Of a DNA stretch of 64,000 bases, positions 39,756 through 49,891 are shown in pieces. The stretch lies in the NCBI GenBank assembly GCA_963845185.1, contig CAWJRG010000005.1:544001-608000 (forward strand), given 5' to 3'. Position 1 is the stretch's first letter, and each line of letters starts with the position of its first letter. The notes beneath the pieces were generated by a model. That model was not told the DNA's origin, made no database searches, and saw nothing but the letters and a program-made list of their open reading frames with translations. The position numbers and the translations under genes are program-made. This stretch comes from an uncultured bacterium (lineage in GTDB: Bacteria; Oederibacteriota; PGYV01; CAWJRG01).

Positions 39756-40088
39756 ATGACTGACAACCAACAGAATAACGGATTGAAGAAACCAAAGTTA
39801 ACCCCAGAACAACTTTTTGATATTTATCAGGAATGTTCCTTACCCAACGCGCCAGTAAAAGCCATCCTGGAACGGTGCGGGCTTAAACCGTGGCATCTTA
39901 TTGCCTTGCGTAAGAGAATCAAGCAAGCTGCCCTGTCAGAACTATCGAATCCGGCAAAATCCGGCAGAAAGAAGTCCATGGTTCCCGTAGAAAGCCTTGC
40001 TCAAGTGGATAAGGAACTTTCTCAAACAAAGGACGCGCTGGCTGCTGTCGGGCATGAGCTTGCGTTGTTAAAAAAAAAGATGAGTTGA
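39756..40088 (+). CDS. IS3-family transposase OrfA
   Basis: 110 aa, HTH-like region plus leucine-zipper-like C-terminus ending at the A9G run (40070-40079). Confidence 0.8.
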   Translation: MTDNQQNNGLKKPKLTPEQLFDIYQECSLPNAPVKAILERCGLKPWHLIALRKRIKQAALSELSNPAKSGRKKSMVPVESLAQVDKELSQTKDALAAVGHELALLKKKMS

Positions 40089-41086
40089 GTCTCAAGGGTC
40101 CTTTGAAGGGGCACTATCCGGCCCAAGTTAGGCAGATAGTTGTTATCACTATAAACGAAGCCGTACTATCCGGTTTCACGCAGAAAAGAGCTTGTTTGAT
40201 CTTTGACATAGACGCCAGAAAATTCAGACGCTGGGCTAAACTAAAAAAGAGAACGCCAAGAACGGCATGTAACAAACTGTTGCCGTTTGAAAAGACATCG
40301 ATTATTGACTCTGCCTTTAGACCTGAAAATATAGGCAAGCCATTGAGCCATATTTACGTATATGGCCATAATTCAGGCGCTTTTCATGCTTCTCTATCGA
40401 CTGTATACAGGTATCTAAAAGCCGAAGATCTCGTAAAACCATTCGAACCCAAAAAACGGAAATCTAATCATGTTTCGGCTCACGATCTTTTGGATGCTGG
40501 ATTTTCCCTTTTGACCTATGACGGTTCATGCTTCAAAACCGAGTCCGGCGTAACTGTTTGGTCCATACCGGTTCTGCTTCTGCCTTACAGGTATCTGCTG
40601 CATATCGGACACAGTTTACGCGGCGTCAGTTCAGCGGATTTACGGGATGCCGTTGCTCAAGCCATACTTGAACTGCCGGATGACTTTCCTGACAACATAG
40701 TGGCTTTTTCAGACCGCGGATCTGCTATGAAAGCCAAAAAGACTGTTGCCTTCCTGGAAGATGTGCTAAAAATTCCTGTACGCTACGGACGCCCAAACAC
40801 GCCGGATGACGAACCATGGATTGAGGCCCTGAATAAAAACTCGAAGTATCACAGGGATGTGCCGGCTGTCTTTCCAACGGTTTCAGATGTACTGGACTGG
40901 TTAGAAAAATTTAAACCACTGCATAACAACGATCCTCATAGCTCGCTACATTATGTTACACCGGCTGAGGCGTTCGCGGGAAAAATGGAGGTGATTTTAA
41001 GCCAGAGAAAGAACAACCTGATCACTGCAAACATTATAAGGTTGGAGGCTTTCAGGGCTTCCAAGCTTCAAGTAGTGATTGGGTGA
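40085..41086 (+). CDS. IS3-family transposase OrfB (DDE integrase core), -1 frame
   Basis: TYDGS, SDRGS, IEALNK triad; PHSSLHYVTP. Confidence 0.88.
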   Translation: MSLKGPLKGHYPAQVRQIVVITINEAVLSGFTQKRACLIFDIDARKFRRWAKLKKRTPRTACNKLLPFEKTSIIDSAFRPENIGKPLSHIYVYGHNSGAFHASLSTVYRYLKAEDLVKPFEPKKRKSNHVSAHDLLDAGFSLLTYDGSCFKTESGVTVWSIPVLLLPYRYLLHIGHSLRGVSSADLRDAVAQAILELPDDFPDNIVAFSDRGSAMKAKKTVAFLEDVLKIPVRYGRPNTPDDEPWIEALNKNSKYHRDVPAVFPTVSDVLDWLEKFKPLHNNDPHSSLHYVTPAEAFAGKMEVILSQRKNNLITANIIRLEAFRASKLQVVIG

Positions 41087-41100
41087 CGGTTTGAGGTCAA

Positions 41101-42714
41101 TTAAGCTGAAAAACTCAGTAATAAATCTAAATCCGAACTATGACCATGGTAATCTGTTACATCTTTTATATCTAAATCCACTTCGTTTGCCTTAGTTTGT
41201 TCTATATTTTCATTATCATCTTGTTTCCGCGAACTTGAAGTTCGTAATTTTTTATTCAACCTTAAGTTTTCTCCTAATATATCACTTATTTCCATTACAA
41301 TTTCAAGAACGCTGTTTGTTACATCATCGTTAAGTAGTTTTTGAAAAGCCATTTGGTACTTCACAGTTTCCGTAGATTCACTACTAGACATCAAAAACGA
41401 GGTATAAGAAACAACCATAAAACCAGATTCGTAATTTTCCGATTTAATTTTCACTAATCTTGTGTTCAAATTATTTATGAACGACGCAGTAAAATAATTA
41501 TTTTTTGTCTCAAAATATAACACTTGAGTATCAATTTTTTCTCGGTAGTAATTAAAAAATTCTATCTGCATTGTCTCTTTAGGCGGATTAAGTATTTTTA
41601 CTTTACAGATGTCATTCTCAATTTCAACAGAAATAAGACAGATATTCATTTTTTCATTTTTTCTAATATCCTCTGTTATCTTTACTTTTGCATATAAATT
41701 TTTTGTAATGGGTTTATTATCTAAACTTTCTTTCAGGCCAAGCTGCTTTAATGTCGAGCCTTTTTTGGCAATTATGGCAACAACACTTTCATAATTCCCT
41801 CTCGGCGGATTCATAAACATCGCTGCCTTGCTCATATTTGCCGACCCAAAAAATACTAAATCATTTTCATTTGTCTCATATAATATCAATTTTGCATGTA
41901 AAAAAGATTTGGCAAATATGTCTATATTTTTTATACTATCCGGTGGCTTAAATTCATACCATTGTATATTTTTCCCCAATTTTTCAATCTTTTTCCCATC
42001 AGCATTAAGTTCCTTTTTTTGTATAATTACATCTATCGGTGTGTCCGAAAAATCTATGCTTAGCTTTTTTAAAATCTCAAATTCATCATCCCAAAACGGA
42101 CTAATTACAATAATTCTTTTAGGCTTATAATCAGATATCATAGTTGTAATTTGTGAAAAAAGATTTTTTTCAACATTAATAAAAAGTGCTTTTTCTTTAT
42201 TTTCATAAATTTTATTGCCTAGCCATGGCGTATTTTGTTTAGCAAAATTTAATTGTCTTTTTATACTCTCTGGCATTTGATTTTCAAAGGAATCTACTAA
42301 TTGTAAGGTTTTTATAAAAGAAATTTCGGTTTCATTGTCTTGAATTTCTATATCCCCAAATAATTCCCAGTTTGATAAAAAACCGCCGGAAGTGGCATTT
42401 CCACTGCCTATTACAATTTTTCCTTTTTCTTTCCCCAGCAATAAAAGTATTTTCGGATGAAATGACAAACAATTATAAATCGGCGTTACGCTATACAATC
42501 TTCCCATTGCTAATGGTATATCGTTTTCATTTTCAATCATTTTTTTATAAGATTGATTATCCATAAATACCATTTGATTGGAAATTCCATTCCTCAATAA
42601 TTTCCTACTTATTACTTTGCTATAAAAGTGTAAATCTAGTGAATATGTTAATAATATGCACGAATGTATTTTGCCTTTGAATTCCGATATTTCGTTTAAT
42701 ATATTATATGGCAT
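41101..42714 (-). CDS. Phospholipase D-like nuclease with two HxK motifs, ending at the IS
   Basis: TYSLD, FHPK...GSGNAT, LHAK...GSANMS; ATG 42714 overlaps the upstream stop. Confidence 0.8.
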   Translation of the reverse strand: MPYNILNEISEFKGKIHSCILLTYSLDLHFYSKVISRKLLRNGISNQMVFMDNQSYKKMIENENDIPLAMGRLYSVTPIYNCLSFHPKILLLLGKEKGKIVIGSGNATSGGFLSNWELFGDIEIQDNETEISFIKTLQLVDSFENQMPESIKRQLNFAKQNTPWLGNKIYENKEKALFINVEKNLFSQITTMISDYKPKRIIVISPFWDDEFEILKKLSIDFSDTPIDVIIQKKELNADGKKIEKLGKNIQWYEFKPPDSIKNIDIFAKSFLHAKLILYETNENDLVFFGSANMSKAAMFMNPPRGNYESVVAIIAKKGSTLKQLGLKESLDNKPITKNLYAKVKITEDIRKNEKMNICLISVEIENDICKVKILNPPKETMQIEFFNYYREKIDTQVLYFETKNNYFTASFINNLNTRLVKIKSENYESGFMVVSYTSFLMSSSESTETVKYQMAFQKLLNDDVTNSVLEIVMEISDILGENLRLNKKLRTSSSRKQDDNENIEQTKANEVDLDIKDVTDYHGHSSDLDLLLSFSA

Positions 42715-44395
42715 ATTTGTTTTCCAATATTTGTTTTCCGGTTTGAGTTGTTCTGATACCCTTTTCATCAAATTCAATCAAATGCAGATCCATCATTATT
42801 CTGATTGCCTGTCTTAGCCTTGGATTTGTAAGCGTTGGTACTATATTATCTTTCACAACGCATGATATTTTTTCATCATCTAAGACAAATTTAAAGGTTG
42901 ATTGACCCTGTTCCCCAAGTTTTATAGCAGCTACATTGATGTGCCTTTTTATTACAAAATTTTTTATAATATAATTTATAAATTCTTCTACTGGTTTATT
43001 TGCATACTGTTCACTATATTTTTTTAAAGTTAATAGATTTACAGGATGCTCAGTAAAAAAATATTCATCAAATTTGAAAAGTTTATACTCATCTGCATTT
43101 ATTCTTCCTATTTGTCTAAAAATTAAATATGAACTTAAAACAAGCGCCTTCTCATAGGTATCCGAATTTTGAAGTAATTCAAAAAGTTTTCTATCACTTT
43201 CATCCTTAAATGGCGAGGATTCATCTTCTTGAATAGTTCGTTTTGTAATTTTTAAATATTCAGAAAGTTTAACCTCTTTAATTGGTTTAATACCATATTT
43301 TAGTCCTTCTTCCATTCTAGCTTTAGTTATTTTAGACATATGAGTTACTATATTGTCGGTTTTTTGATTATAAAAAATTGGTTCTTTTATGATTTCTAAA
43401 ATCGACCACATAAAATGTTCCAACGAGTAATTAACAAGTTCCTGCAATTGATAAATACGCCATTTTTCCCTTGTTTCTTCCAATTCTTTATCTATTATCC
43501 ATTTTTTACCATCAGGTAAACATTTAAACATACAACACCAACGAAATTCATCTACAGCTGAATCCATATCCTTGATTCGGTTGAAATTTTCAAAAAATGA
43601 TAATATAAGCTTCAAAGAATTTATTCTATTGGATAATTCAAATGATAATTGAGATTTTTTTGATATTTCCGAAAACCCAAAGAAATAATCTATTAGAAAG
43701 AGGCATTCTTTGCTATCTTTTTTTATCTTCCATGGCGGAACTGTATTTATCATCTTTTTCAAGTCTTCAAAATTAACTTCATTGTCTTCCGCAATTTCGT
43801 GCAGTAAATTAAAATCACCACTTTCTTCAACAGCTTTAACAAGTGGAATTCCTATTTGATGTGTTATGTTTTTATCTGGAATCCCCTGACGCTCGCTTGT
43901 TATCCTCAAAGTGTCCAATTGAGTTTTATAATATTGGTCAAGGCCTCCTTCTTTATTTAAAAAGTAACTATCAGAATCTCTGCTTCCCCTAGGATTTAAT
44001 ACAACATAATTTGTTATTGATATATTTTTCTTGTTTTTTTCAATAGCTTCTCTAATTACTGCTCTTGCCTTATCTGAACCTACTACAGCACCACCGACAA
44101 AATCCTGCTTGGCCTCTCCGGATTCTATTGCGTAGTTTGACGCTAAAGCAAATATAAAATCGTGTTTTCTAAGAAAAATAAACCAATCTTTATGGATTTT
44201 TGGATCAAATTTGTATATAACCCATGGATAAAAGCTAAAATAACGTGCTCTGTCGGTAACGTTTGTTATACCAGGCAATAGCTCAGAATATATATTTACA
44301 GATATTGTTTGAATACCGAGGTGATCTCTTCCTTCGCTGCGATAATGTTCCCTATCCAGCCAGTCAATATCTGTCATCTTGCTTTTGCTCAGCAA
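42704..44395 (-). CDS. Hypothetical protein with GRDHLG...LLPGITNVTDRARY N-terminus, partner of the PLD-like protein
   Basis: 563-aa AT-rich ORF overlapping the PLD gene; N-terminal motif recalls DUF6361-like proteins (from memory, unverified). Confidence 0.75.
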   Translation of the reverse strand: MLSKSKMTDIDWLDREHYRSEGRDHLGIQTISVNIYSELLPGITNVTDRARYFSFYPWVIYKFDPKIHKDWFIFLRKHDFIFALASNYAIESGEAKQDFVGGAVVGSDKARAVIREAIEKNKKNISITNYVVLNPRGSRDSDSYFLNKEGGLDQYYKTQLDTLRITSERQGIPDKNITHQIGIPLVKAVEESGDFNLLHEIAEDNEVNFEDLKKMINTVPPWKIKKDSKECLFLIDYFFGFSEISKKSQLSFELSNRINSLKLILSFFENFNRIKDMDSAVDEFRWCCMFKCLPDGKKWIIDKELEETREKWRIYQLQELVNYSLEHFMWSILEIIKEPIFYNQKTDNIVTHMSKITKARMEEGLKYGIKPIKEVKLSEYLKITKRTIQEDESSPFKDESDRKLFELLQNSDTYEKALVLSSYLIFRQIGRINADEYKLFKFDEYFFTEHPVNLLTLKKYSEQYANKPVEEFINYIIKNFVIKRHINVAAIKLGEQGQSTFKFVLDDEKISCVVKDNIVPTLTNPRLRQAIRIMMDLHLIEFDEKGIRTTQTGKQILENKYAI

Positions 44396-44496
44396 AATAT
44401 TTATTCATTCTAATTTTTCTCCTGAATCTTTCATCGTCCCCACATTGAGCTTACTTTCAACAATTGCAGGTTTTTTCTGCGCATATTATTTTTATC

Positions 44497-46329
44497 TTAT
44501 ATCCTTCCTGTTTCCTTGTTCATATCCAGTATTTCCCTATTTATTTCCATTTTCTGCATTTCTTCCAGGGATAATGGCATCACTATTGACCAATTTTTCT
44601 CTCCCATAGTCCCGGGCGTGTTCACGCGTAAGTCGTGCTTATCCCATTTTTCAAAATAATCACCGAGCGACAGTAAATCCTGTATTAGCTGTATGCTGAA
44701 AATCGAGGCAGTGCTGCCTGACTTGCTTATGGCCGCCCTGATAAATTTTTTTGTGGTTTCATGGACAGGGCTCCCTTCCATGCCTACATATTTCATAAAT
44801 TTTTCTTTTTCATCATAGCTTTCCCTGTGCATGTCATAAAACATCCAGGCCTGGTCCCTTGTTTTGCCGATAACCCTGAGAACTTCATCCGGCGAACTGA
44901 TTTCCTGTTTCCATCTCAGCCTTACAGCCTGCGGTTTTGATTTGGCAAAAAGTTTGCTTTTTATTTCCTCAAGGTTGAATCCTTTTTCTTCGCATACCTT
45001 GGCGACCAGCATGGCGTCCACTGTGCCTGCCTCGTTTTCCCACCATGTCGCAAGCGGTGTCATGTCATGGCTTGAAATTATCGCTATTGAATTTTCCCTG
45101 TATTTTTCAGCCGGCTTAAAATCATAGGTATTGCCCCAGTCGCGCGTCCACCTCTGCACGTCCATACCCGGTATTGCGAATTCCTTCAAAGTCTCGAACG
45201 AACACGCAGGCACCACGCCAAGGTCCTCTGCGCACGGCAGCATTTTTGAGTTATCAGTCATAGCTTTTAAAATCTTTTGGCCATGCTCTTTCCATACTTC
45301 ATGCTTTTCCGGATCAAACCTTCCGTTTAACCCGTACGTGTCAACAGGCTCGTCAAGCTTTATTGTCCATAGTCTGAAAAGCCCGACAAAATGGTCTATC
45401 CTGAACATGTCGTAGAAATTCTCCTCGAATTTTACCTTTTCAACCAGGTAATCAAACTTGTTCTTTTCTATATTTTCCCAGTTATACGGCGGCATGCCCC
45501 ATCTCTGGCCCTTTGCGAAATACATGTCGGTTGGCGCGCCCGAAGAAAGGTTCAGCTTGAAATAATCCTGCTTTGCCCACACATCCGCACTGTCTCGTGC
45601 GACTAAAAAAGGGAGGTCTCCCTGCAAAAACACGCTGTTATCGTTTGCGTATTGCTTTACATCCTTAAACTGCAGGTACAGTTGCCACTGCATCCACATG
45701 TGGAAGTTAACTCTTTCAAAATTTTCTTTACGGAAATCTTCTACGCTGTCTCCGTCGTTAAACTTGTATTTGTCTTTCCAGGATTCCCAGCCTTTTTCCA
45801 TGTTTTTCTCTTTTAATACCTTGAAAACCGCGTAATCATTTAGCCAAAAACTGTTTTTATTTGCGAAATCCTCGTATTCTTCCGGACATTCTTTTAGCGA
45901 ATCGAACATATTCCATAAAATTTCAAGTTTTGCCTGCTTTATATTATAATTAACCCTTTTCTTGCCGCACGGGAATTTTTGTTTTAATCCCTCAATGCCT
46001 TTTTCAAACTGCTTCATGTCAACGCCTTTTATGTTCCGCAAAGATAAGTACATTGGTTCGAGCGCAAAAGTGCTCTGGCACGAATAAGGAGCGAAATCAA
46101 AGCCAACATCGTTCATCGGCAAAAGCTGTATAATGCTGGAGCCTGTTTTTTTGCACCACTCGACTAGCAGTTTTATATCCGGTATCTCGCCTATGCCAAT
46201 GGAATCACCTGAGTAAATTGAAAAAAGCGGCGCAAGAATGCCTGCCCGCCTATTTGCTCCGAATTTTTTCCACTGTTTTGCGGTCTTTGAATTTAAGAAG
46301 TAATCATATATTCCACTGTAATTGTTCAT
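44497..46329 (-). CDS. malQ: 4-alpha-glucanotransferase (GH77)
   Basis: IQLLP, GDLP, GQRWGMP, RIDH, AEDLG, SHD, NTPGT. Confidence 0.93.
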   Translation of the reverse strand: MNNYSGIYDYFLNSKTAKQWKKFGANRRAGILAPLFSIYSGDSIGIGEIPDIKLLVEWCKKTGSSIIQLLPMNDVGFDFAPYSCQSTFALEPMYLSLRNIKGVDMKQFEKGIEGLKQKFPCGKKRVNYNIKQAKLEILWNMFDSLKECPEEYEDFANKNSFWLNDYAVFKVLKEKNMEKGWESWKDKYKFNDGDSVEDFRKENFERVNFHMWMQWQLYLQFKDVKQYANDNSVFLQGDLPFLVARDSADVWAKQDYFKLNLSSGAPTDMYFAKGQRWGMPPYNWENIEKNKFDYLVEKVKFEENFYDMFRIDHFVGLFRLWTIKLDEPVDTYGLNGRFDPEKHEVWKEHGQKILKAMTDNSKMLPCAEDLGVVPACSFETLKEFAIPGMDVQRWTRDWGNTYDFKPAEKYRENSIAIISSHDMTPLATWWENEAGTVDAMLVAKVCEEKGFNLEEIKSKLFAKSKPQAVRLRWKQEISSPDEVLRVIGKTRDQAWMFYDMHRESYDEKEKFMKYVGMEGSPVHETTKKFIRAAISKSGSTASIFSIQLIQDLLSLGDYFEKWDKHDLRVNTPGTMGEKNWSIVMPLSLEEMQKMEINREILDMNKETGRI

Positions 46330-46772
46330 TTTGTCCTTTTCATTTCCACAGACCATGTCGATATTTTTTTATTTCCCTTGAAAAGATGGCCCGCTGCTTT
46401 ATATGTGTCTTTGCTGACCATTTTCATTATTTCAACCCCGGCGTATTCAAGGTTTTCCGAGTAATACATGAATATTATTGAATTGCCCGCCAGAATTAAT
46501 TTTCCCACTATCCTTCCAAGCGGCTTGTTGTCTGATATCCATATTGTGTAATCAGTGCCCTTTTCAAAAGGCATGATATTATAATTATTTTTTATTTCCA
46601 CCGCTTCTCCAACCGGAGGAAGGTAACGCAGGGATGTCTCATTAAGCCACGCGCCTTCCTCGCTGTGCGTTACTTTCGCGTAGCCCTGTGCAGGCAGCTT
46701 CCTTCCCTGCTCGTCTATATACTTTCCCCTTGTTTCCCAGTATCCAGGCTCGATTAAAAAAGTGTGTTTCAT
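46326..46772 (-). CDS. Hypothetical protein
   Basis: AGGAG SD, ATGA overlap with malQ. Confidence 0.75.
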   Translation of the reverse strand: MKHTFLIEPGYWETRGKYIDEQGRKLPAQGYAKVTHSEEGAWLNETSLRYLPPVGEAVEIKNNYNIMPFEKGTDYTIWISDNKPLGRIVGKLILAGNSIIFMYYSENLEYAGVEIMKMVSKDTYKAAGHLFKGNKKISTWSVEMKRTK

Positions 46773-46864
46773 GTTTTTGCTCCTATTCAAGTAATATTCA
46801 ATTTCCAGTTTTCAATTATCAAGGAGAAACCTTAATTGAAAATTGACAATTCTTAATTGATAAT

Positions 46865-47512
46865 TTACTTAAACACCTCCCCTGTTTCCTTTGCCCAAAG
46901 TATAAGGTCGAGTGATGCCATGGGAACTTTTATTTTTTTTGCGAATTTTTTCATCTTTTGTTCTATCTCAAGGTATCTTTCCCTGTTCAGGCTTTCAGGC
47001 ACTTTGCTTATCACCCCGAGCCATTTCAGGTTTCTGAGTATGTGCCTGTCGAGTATTGCTATGTCGTCGCCGAACCCAACGTTCCTTAAAAAATGGCTTG
47101 CCTCCTTGTAACCGTAACCTTTTATATTTTTCACGAACCACTCCCTCATTATGTATACATTGTCAAATCCGCCCATAAACTTTTTTATTTCAGCTTTCCC
47201 GTCTTTGACGAACTTATTCCTTGCCTCGACCAGGTACTTTGCCTTTTTATATTTAAACCTGGCAAAGGTAAGCTCGTTTAATATTTGTTTCTCGCTGCCA
47301 AAAAGCAGAAGGTCTTTTTTCAGGATATTTTCTACGCATGCCCAGCAGCCTTTTGCCTTTGACTGCGGCGTCAAAATGCAGAAAGCAAGCTCAGAAAGTA
47401 CTTCAATGTCGCTCCCATTTTCCCATTTTGCCCTGAATTCCGCAAGCCGGGCTTTAATCTGTTTTTTCTTTTCTTTATAGACCTTTTTTACTTCATTTAA
47501 TGTTGTGTTCAA
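46865..47512 (-). CDS. ogg: N-glycosylase/DNA lyase (8-oxoguanine glycosylase, Ogg2 type)
   Basis: ELAFCILT, KGYGYKEASHFLRNVG, AILDRH, C-terminal GEVFK. Confidence 0.9.
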   Translation of the reverse strand: MNTTLNEVKKVYKEKKKQIKARLAEFRAKWENGSDIEVLSELAFCILTPQSKAKGCWACVENILKKDLLLFGSEKQILNELTFARFKYKKAKYLVEARNKFVKDGKAEIKKFMGGFDNVYIMREWFVKNIKGYGYKEASHFLRNVGFGDDIAILDRHILRNLKWLGVISKVPESLNRERYLEIEQKMKKFAKKIKVPMASLDLILWAKETGEVFK

Positions 47513-47540
47513 GTTTTTCCTTTATTCTGTAAAAAATTTT

Positions 47541-47676
47541 CCTTCCCCCTCGAAGGGGGAAGGCCAGGATGAGGGTGATGCAGCAGCAATACGCATATCA
47601 CATTCTTAACTTTTTTGCTACAGTTTCTGCCGCTACTACACCCTCACCCTACCCTCTCCCGTCGGTGGAGAGGGTA
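47541..47676. repeat. REP-like inverted pair, same family as 21340-21480
   Basis: CCTTCCCCCTCGAAGGGGGAAGGCCAGGATGAGGGTGA ... CCCTCACCCTACCCTCTCCC..GGAGAGGG. Confidence 0.75.
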
Positions 47677-47679
47677 TCA

Positions 47680-48612
47680 CTATTTTTTAACGTGTTCCTG
47701 AAAGAAATTCCATATCTCCTCTTCCATTACAACATCTTTGCTTGTTTTTCCTATTATTCTTTCCGGCAGGTACTGCGGCCCGCCCGGCCAGGTATGCCCG
47801 CCGTTGTTTATTTTATATAAAATGACATCTGCATCATCCTTGTCTTTGCTTTTATAGGTTATTTTCTCAGTATCCACTCCGTCGTTTATATCTTTGTCTA
47901 TTTTTTCAATTAAAGTCGCGCTTGCGTCGCAGTTGTTTATTAGTATCCAGAGCTTTACTGTTTCGTCTGTTGATTTTACCTTGCCGCGGGTTTTCCTGCC
48001 CACAGTCACATACCCGCCCGTATAAGGCATGAGAGGGTCTTGCGTGCCATTCATAATTATAATCGGGACTTTCTGCTTTGGCTTACACGTGTCATATATT
48101 TCCACTGGCACATTGGCAATTACAGCCGCAGCTGCGGCTATCTTGTCCGATAATTCGCAGGCAAGCCTTAAAGTCATTGTGCCGCCGTTGGAAACTCCTG
48201 TAATATATACCTTGCGTGGGTCGAGGTCAAATGCCATTTCCAGTTTATATATTAAAGCCGATATAAAACCCACATCGTTTACATTAAGCCTTGATGCCCT
48301 GCTCTGTTTGAACTCCCTGCCGTCATTCCAGTTGCCTTCAAACGCGTCAGGATAGCAGGCAATAAATCCTTTTTCATCAGCCAGCGTGTCGTATTTCATT
48401 ACTCTTTCCATGCGTACGGCGCTTCCCGAGCCTCCGTGGAGAATAATGACCAGGCCCGGCGGCACCTGTTTCGTGTAGTTCGCCGGGAAATGCACAATAT
48501 ATTCCCTTTTCTTTCCTTCGAATATAATACAATCCCTTTGCCCTTCCGCAAAAACCTCAACAGCGCAAAACAGGGCTGCCAATACTGTAAAAAATATTTT
48601 TAATCCTTTCAT
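47680..48612 (-). CDS. Secreted PHB-depolymerase/LpqC-family esterase
   Basis: LHGG, DDVGF-like NDVGF, GVSNGG, GTQDP, GGHTWPG. Confidence 0.88.
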   Translation of the reverse strand: MKGLKIFFTVLAALFCAVEVFAEGQRDCIIFEGKKREYIVHFPANYTKQVPPGLVIILHGGSGSAVRMERVMKYDTLADEKGFIACYPDAFEGNWNDGREFKQSRASRLNVNDVGFISALIYKLEMAFDLDPRKVYITGVSNGGTMTLRLACELSDKIAAAAAVIANVPVEIYDTCKPKQKVPIIIMNGTQDPLMPYTGGYVTVGRKTRGKVKSTDETVKLWILINNCDASATLIEKIDKDINDGVDTEKITYKSKDKDDADVILYKINNGGHTWPGGPQYLPERIIGKTSKDVVMEEEIWNFFQEHVKK

Positions 48613-48728
48613 CCTATGGTCTCCATATGTCATATTTTTAATACATTAGACTATAACATATAGTAAAAAAAAGTAAAAAGTTTTTTATGCTGCAGGATTG
48701 AATTTATGCAAAAAAGGGGGCGTATTAT

Positions 48729-49781
48729 CTAGTTATGAATGACATAATATATGTCAGCGCCAAAAACCGGGTTGGAATTATTGTCAGTCAAAACATGCAC
48801 AAAATACATGGTTTTTCCGTCGCTTGTCAGTGATGGAGATCCCACCTGGCCCTGCATAACAAGCAAAGGCGTCTGCCATACTCCTCCGCTGTATATTGAA
48901 CTGTAGATTGCCATGCCAATGCCGTTCCTGTCGGACACAAAATACATTGTATTCGGGTCGTTTGCAGCGAACGCCACCTGCTCGTCGTTGCTGGCGGAAT
49001 TTATAGGCGCACCTATATTCACAGCAGCTGTCCAGGATACACCTGTCCATGTGGAGTAATATATGTCATTCCCGCCAAGCCCTCCGGGCCTGTTGGACGC
49101 GAAATAAATCGTGTTCCCGTCAGGACTCAGCCCAGGTTCACCGTCGGAATAAATGGAATTGACCGCGGTCCCGAGGTTTGTGGCAGGGCTTGCTGTATTG
49201 CCGCTCAATGTCGCGACATAAACGTCAAGCGTGTCGGAAACAGGTGTGGGCTGCTGATACCCTGTGTTTTCTGACCGTGTGGAATGAAAATATACCTTGT
49301 CTTTTGCCTGTGTGAGCCTCGGATGTCCGTCGCATGCTCCGTTTGTGCCCTTGCGCAAATCAAGGAAATAAGGCGTGCCGAATTCGCCCGGGCCCCCTGT
49401 ATTCTGTGCGTAATATACGCCTGTTGTGCCGTAAAGCAAATCAGCCGATGAAGGGTTGATCCCCGGCGACCAGTAAAAATACAGCGTCTGGCCGTCAGCG
49501 GTAATGAAAGCGTCGTCGTCCGGGCAGTTATCGTTCACGGGTGGGCTTACTTTCTGCGGCGCACCCCAGTCGGTCGTGTCAACAGTCTGAGGCGCCACAA
49601 GGTCTGTGCGGGTTATTATGCATGTGCATGTGGGCCGCGGGTCTCCATTATAAATGGCAAAAATCGGCACAGTCGTGGGTGTATTTGCCGGATGAGACGG
49701 GCTTTTTTTCGAGCAATTAAGGCTTGATAAAAAAATTAAAAGCGCTGTAAAAATAATCAGGATGGCTTTATTAGCACTCAT
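48729..49781 (-). CDS. PD40/TolB-like beta-propeller lipoprotein
   Basis: Lipobox SLNC; SPDGNTIYFASNRPGGLGGNDIY repeats. Confidence 0.8.
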   Translation of the reverse strand: MSANKAILIIFTALLIFLSSLNCSKKSPSHPANTPTTVPIFAIYNGDPRPTCTCIITRTDLVAPQTVDTTDWGAPQKVSPPVNDNCPDDDAFITADGQTLYFYWSPGINPSSADLLYGTTGVYYAQNTGGPGEFGTPYFLDLRKGTNGACDGHPRLTQAKDKVYFHSTRSENTGYQQPTPVSDTLDVYVATLSGNTASPATNLGTAVNSIYSDGEPGLSPDGNTIYFASNRPGGLGGNDIYYSTWTGVSWTAAVNIGAPINSASNDEQVAFAANDPNTMYFVSDRNGIGMAIYSSIYSGGVWQTPLLVMQGQVGSPSLTSDGKTMYFVHVLTDNNSNPVFGADIYYVIHN

Positions 49782-49891
49782 TTTTTCTCCTGTCAACCCT
49801 TGGTGGCTTACAACATTAAGTATACTCACTGTTATTATATCTGTCAACTTCTTGGCCGGAATATTTTTCAATTCATCCCCGAACCATAGTA

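Larger units (their letters stand above)
39689..41100 (+). mobile_element. IS3-family insertion sequence
   Basis: Imperfect terminal IRs (TTGTACCAAACG / CGGTTTGAGGTCAA), TTAA on both flanks, orfA/orfB with A9G slippery site. Confidence 0.85.
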
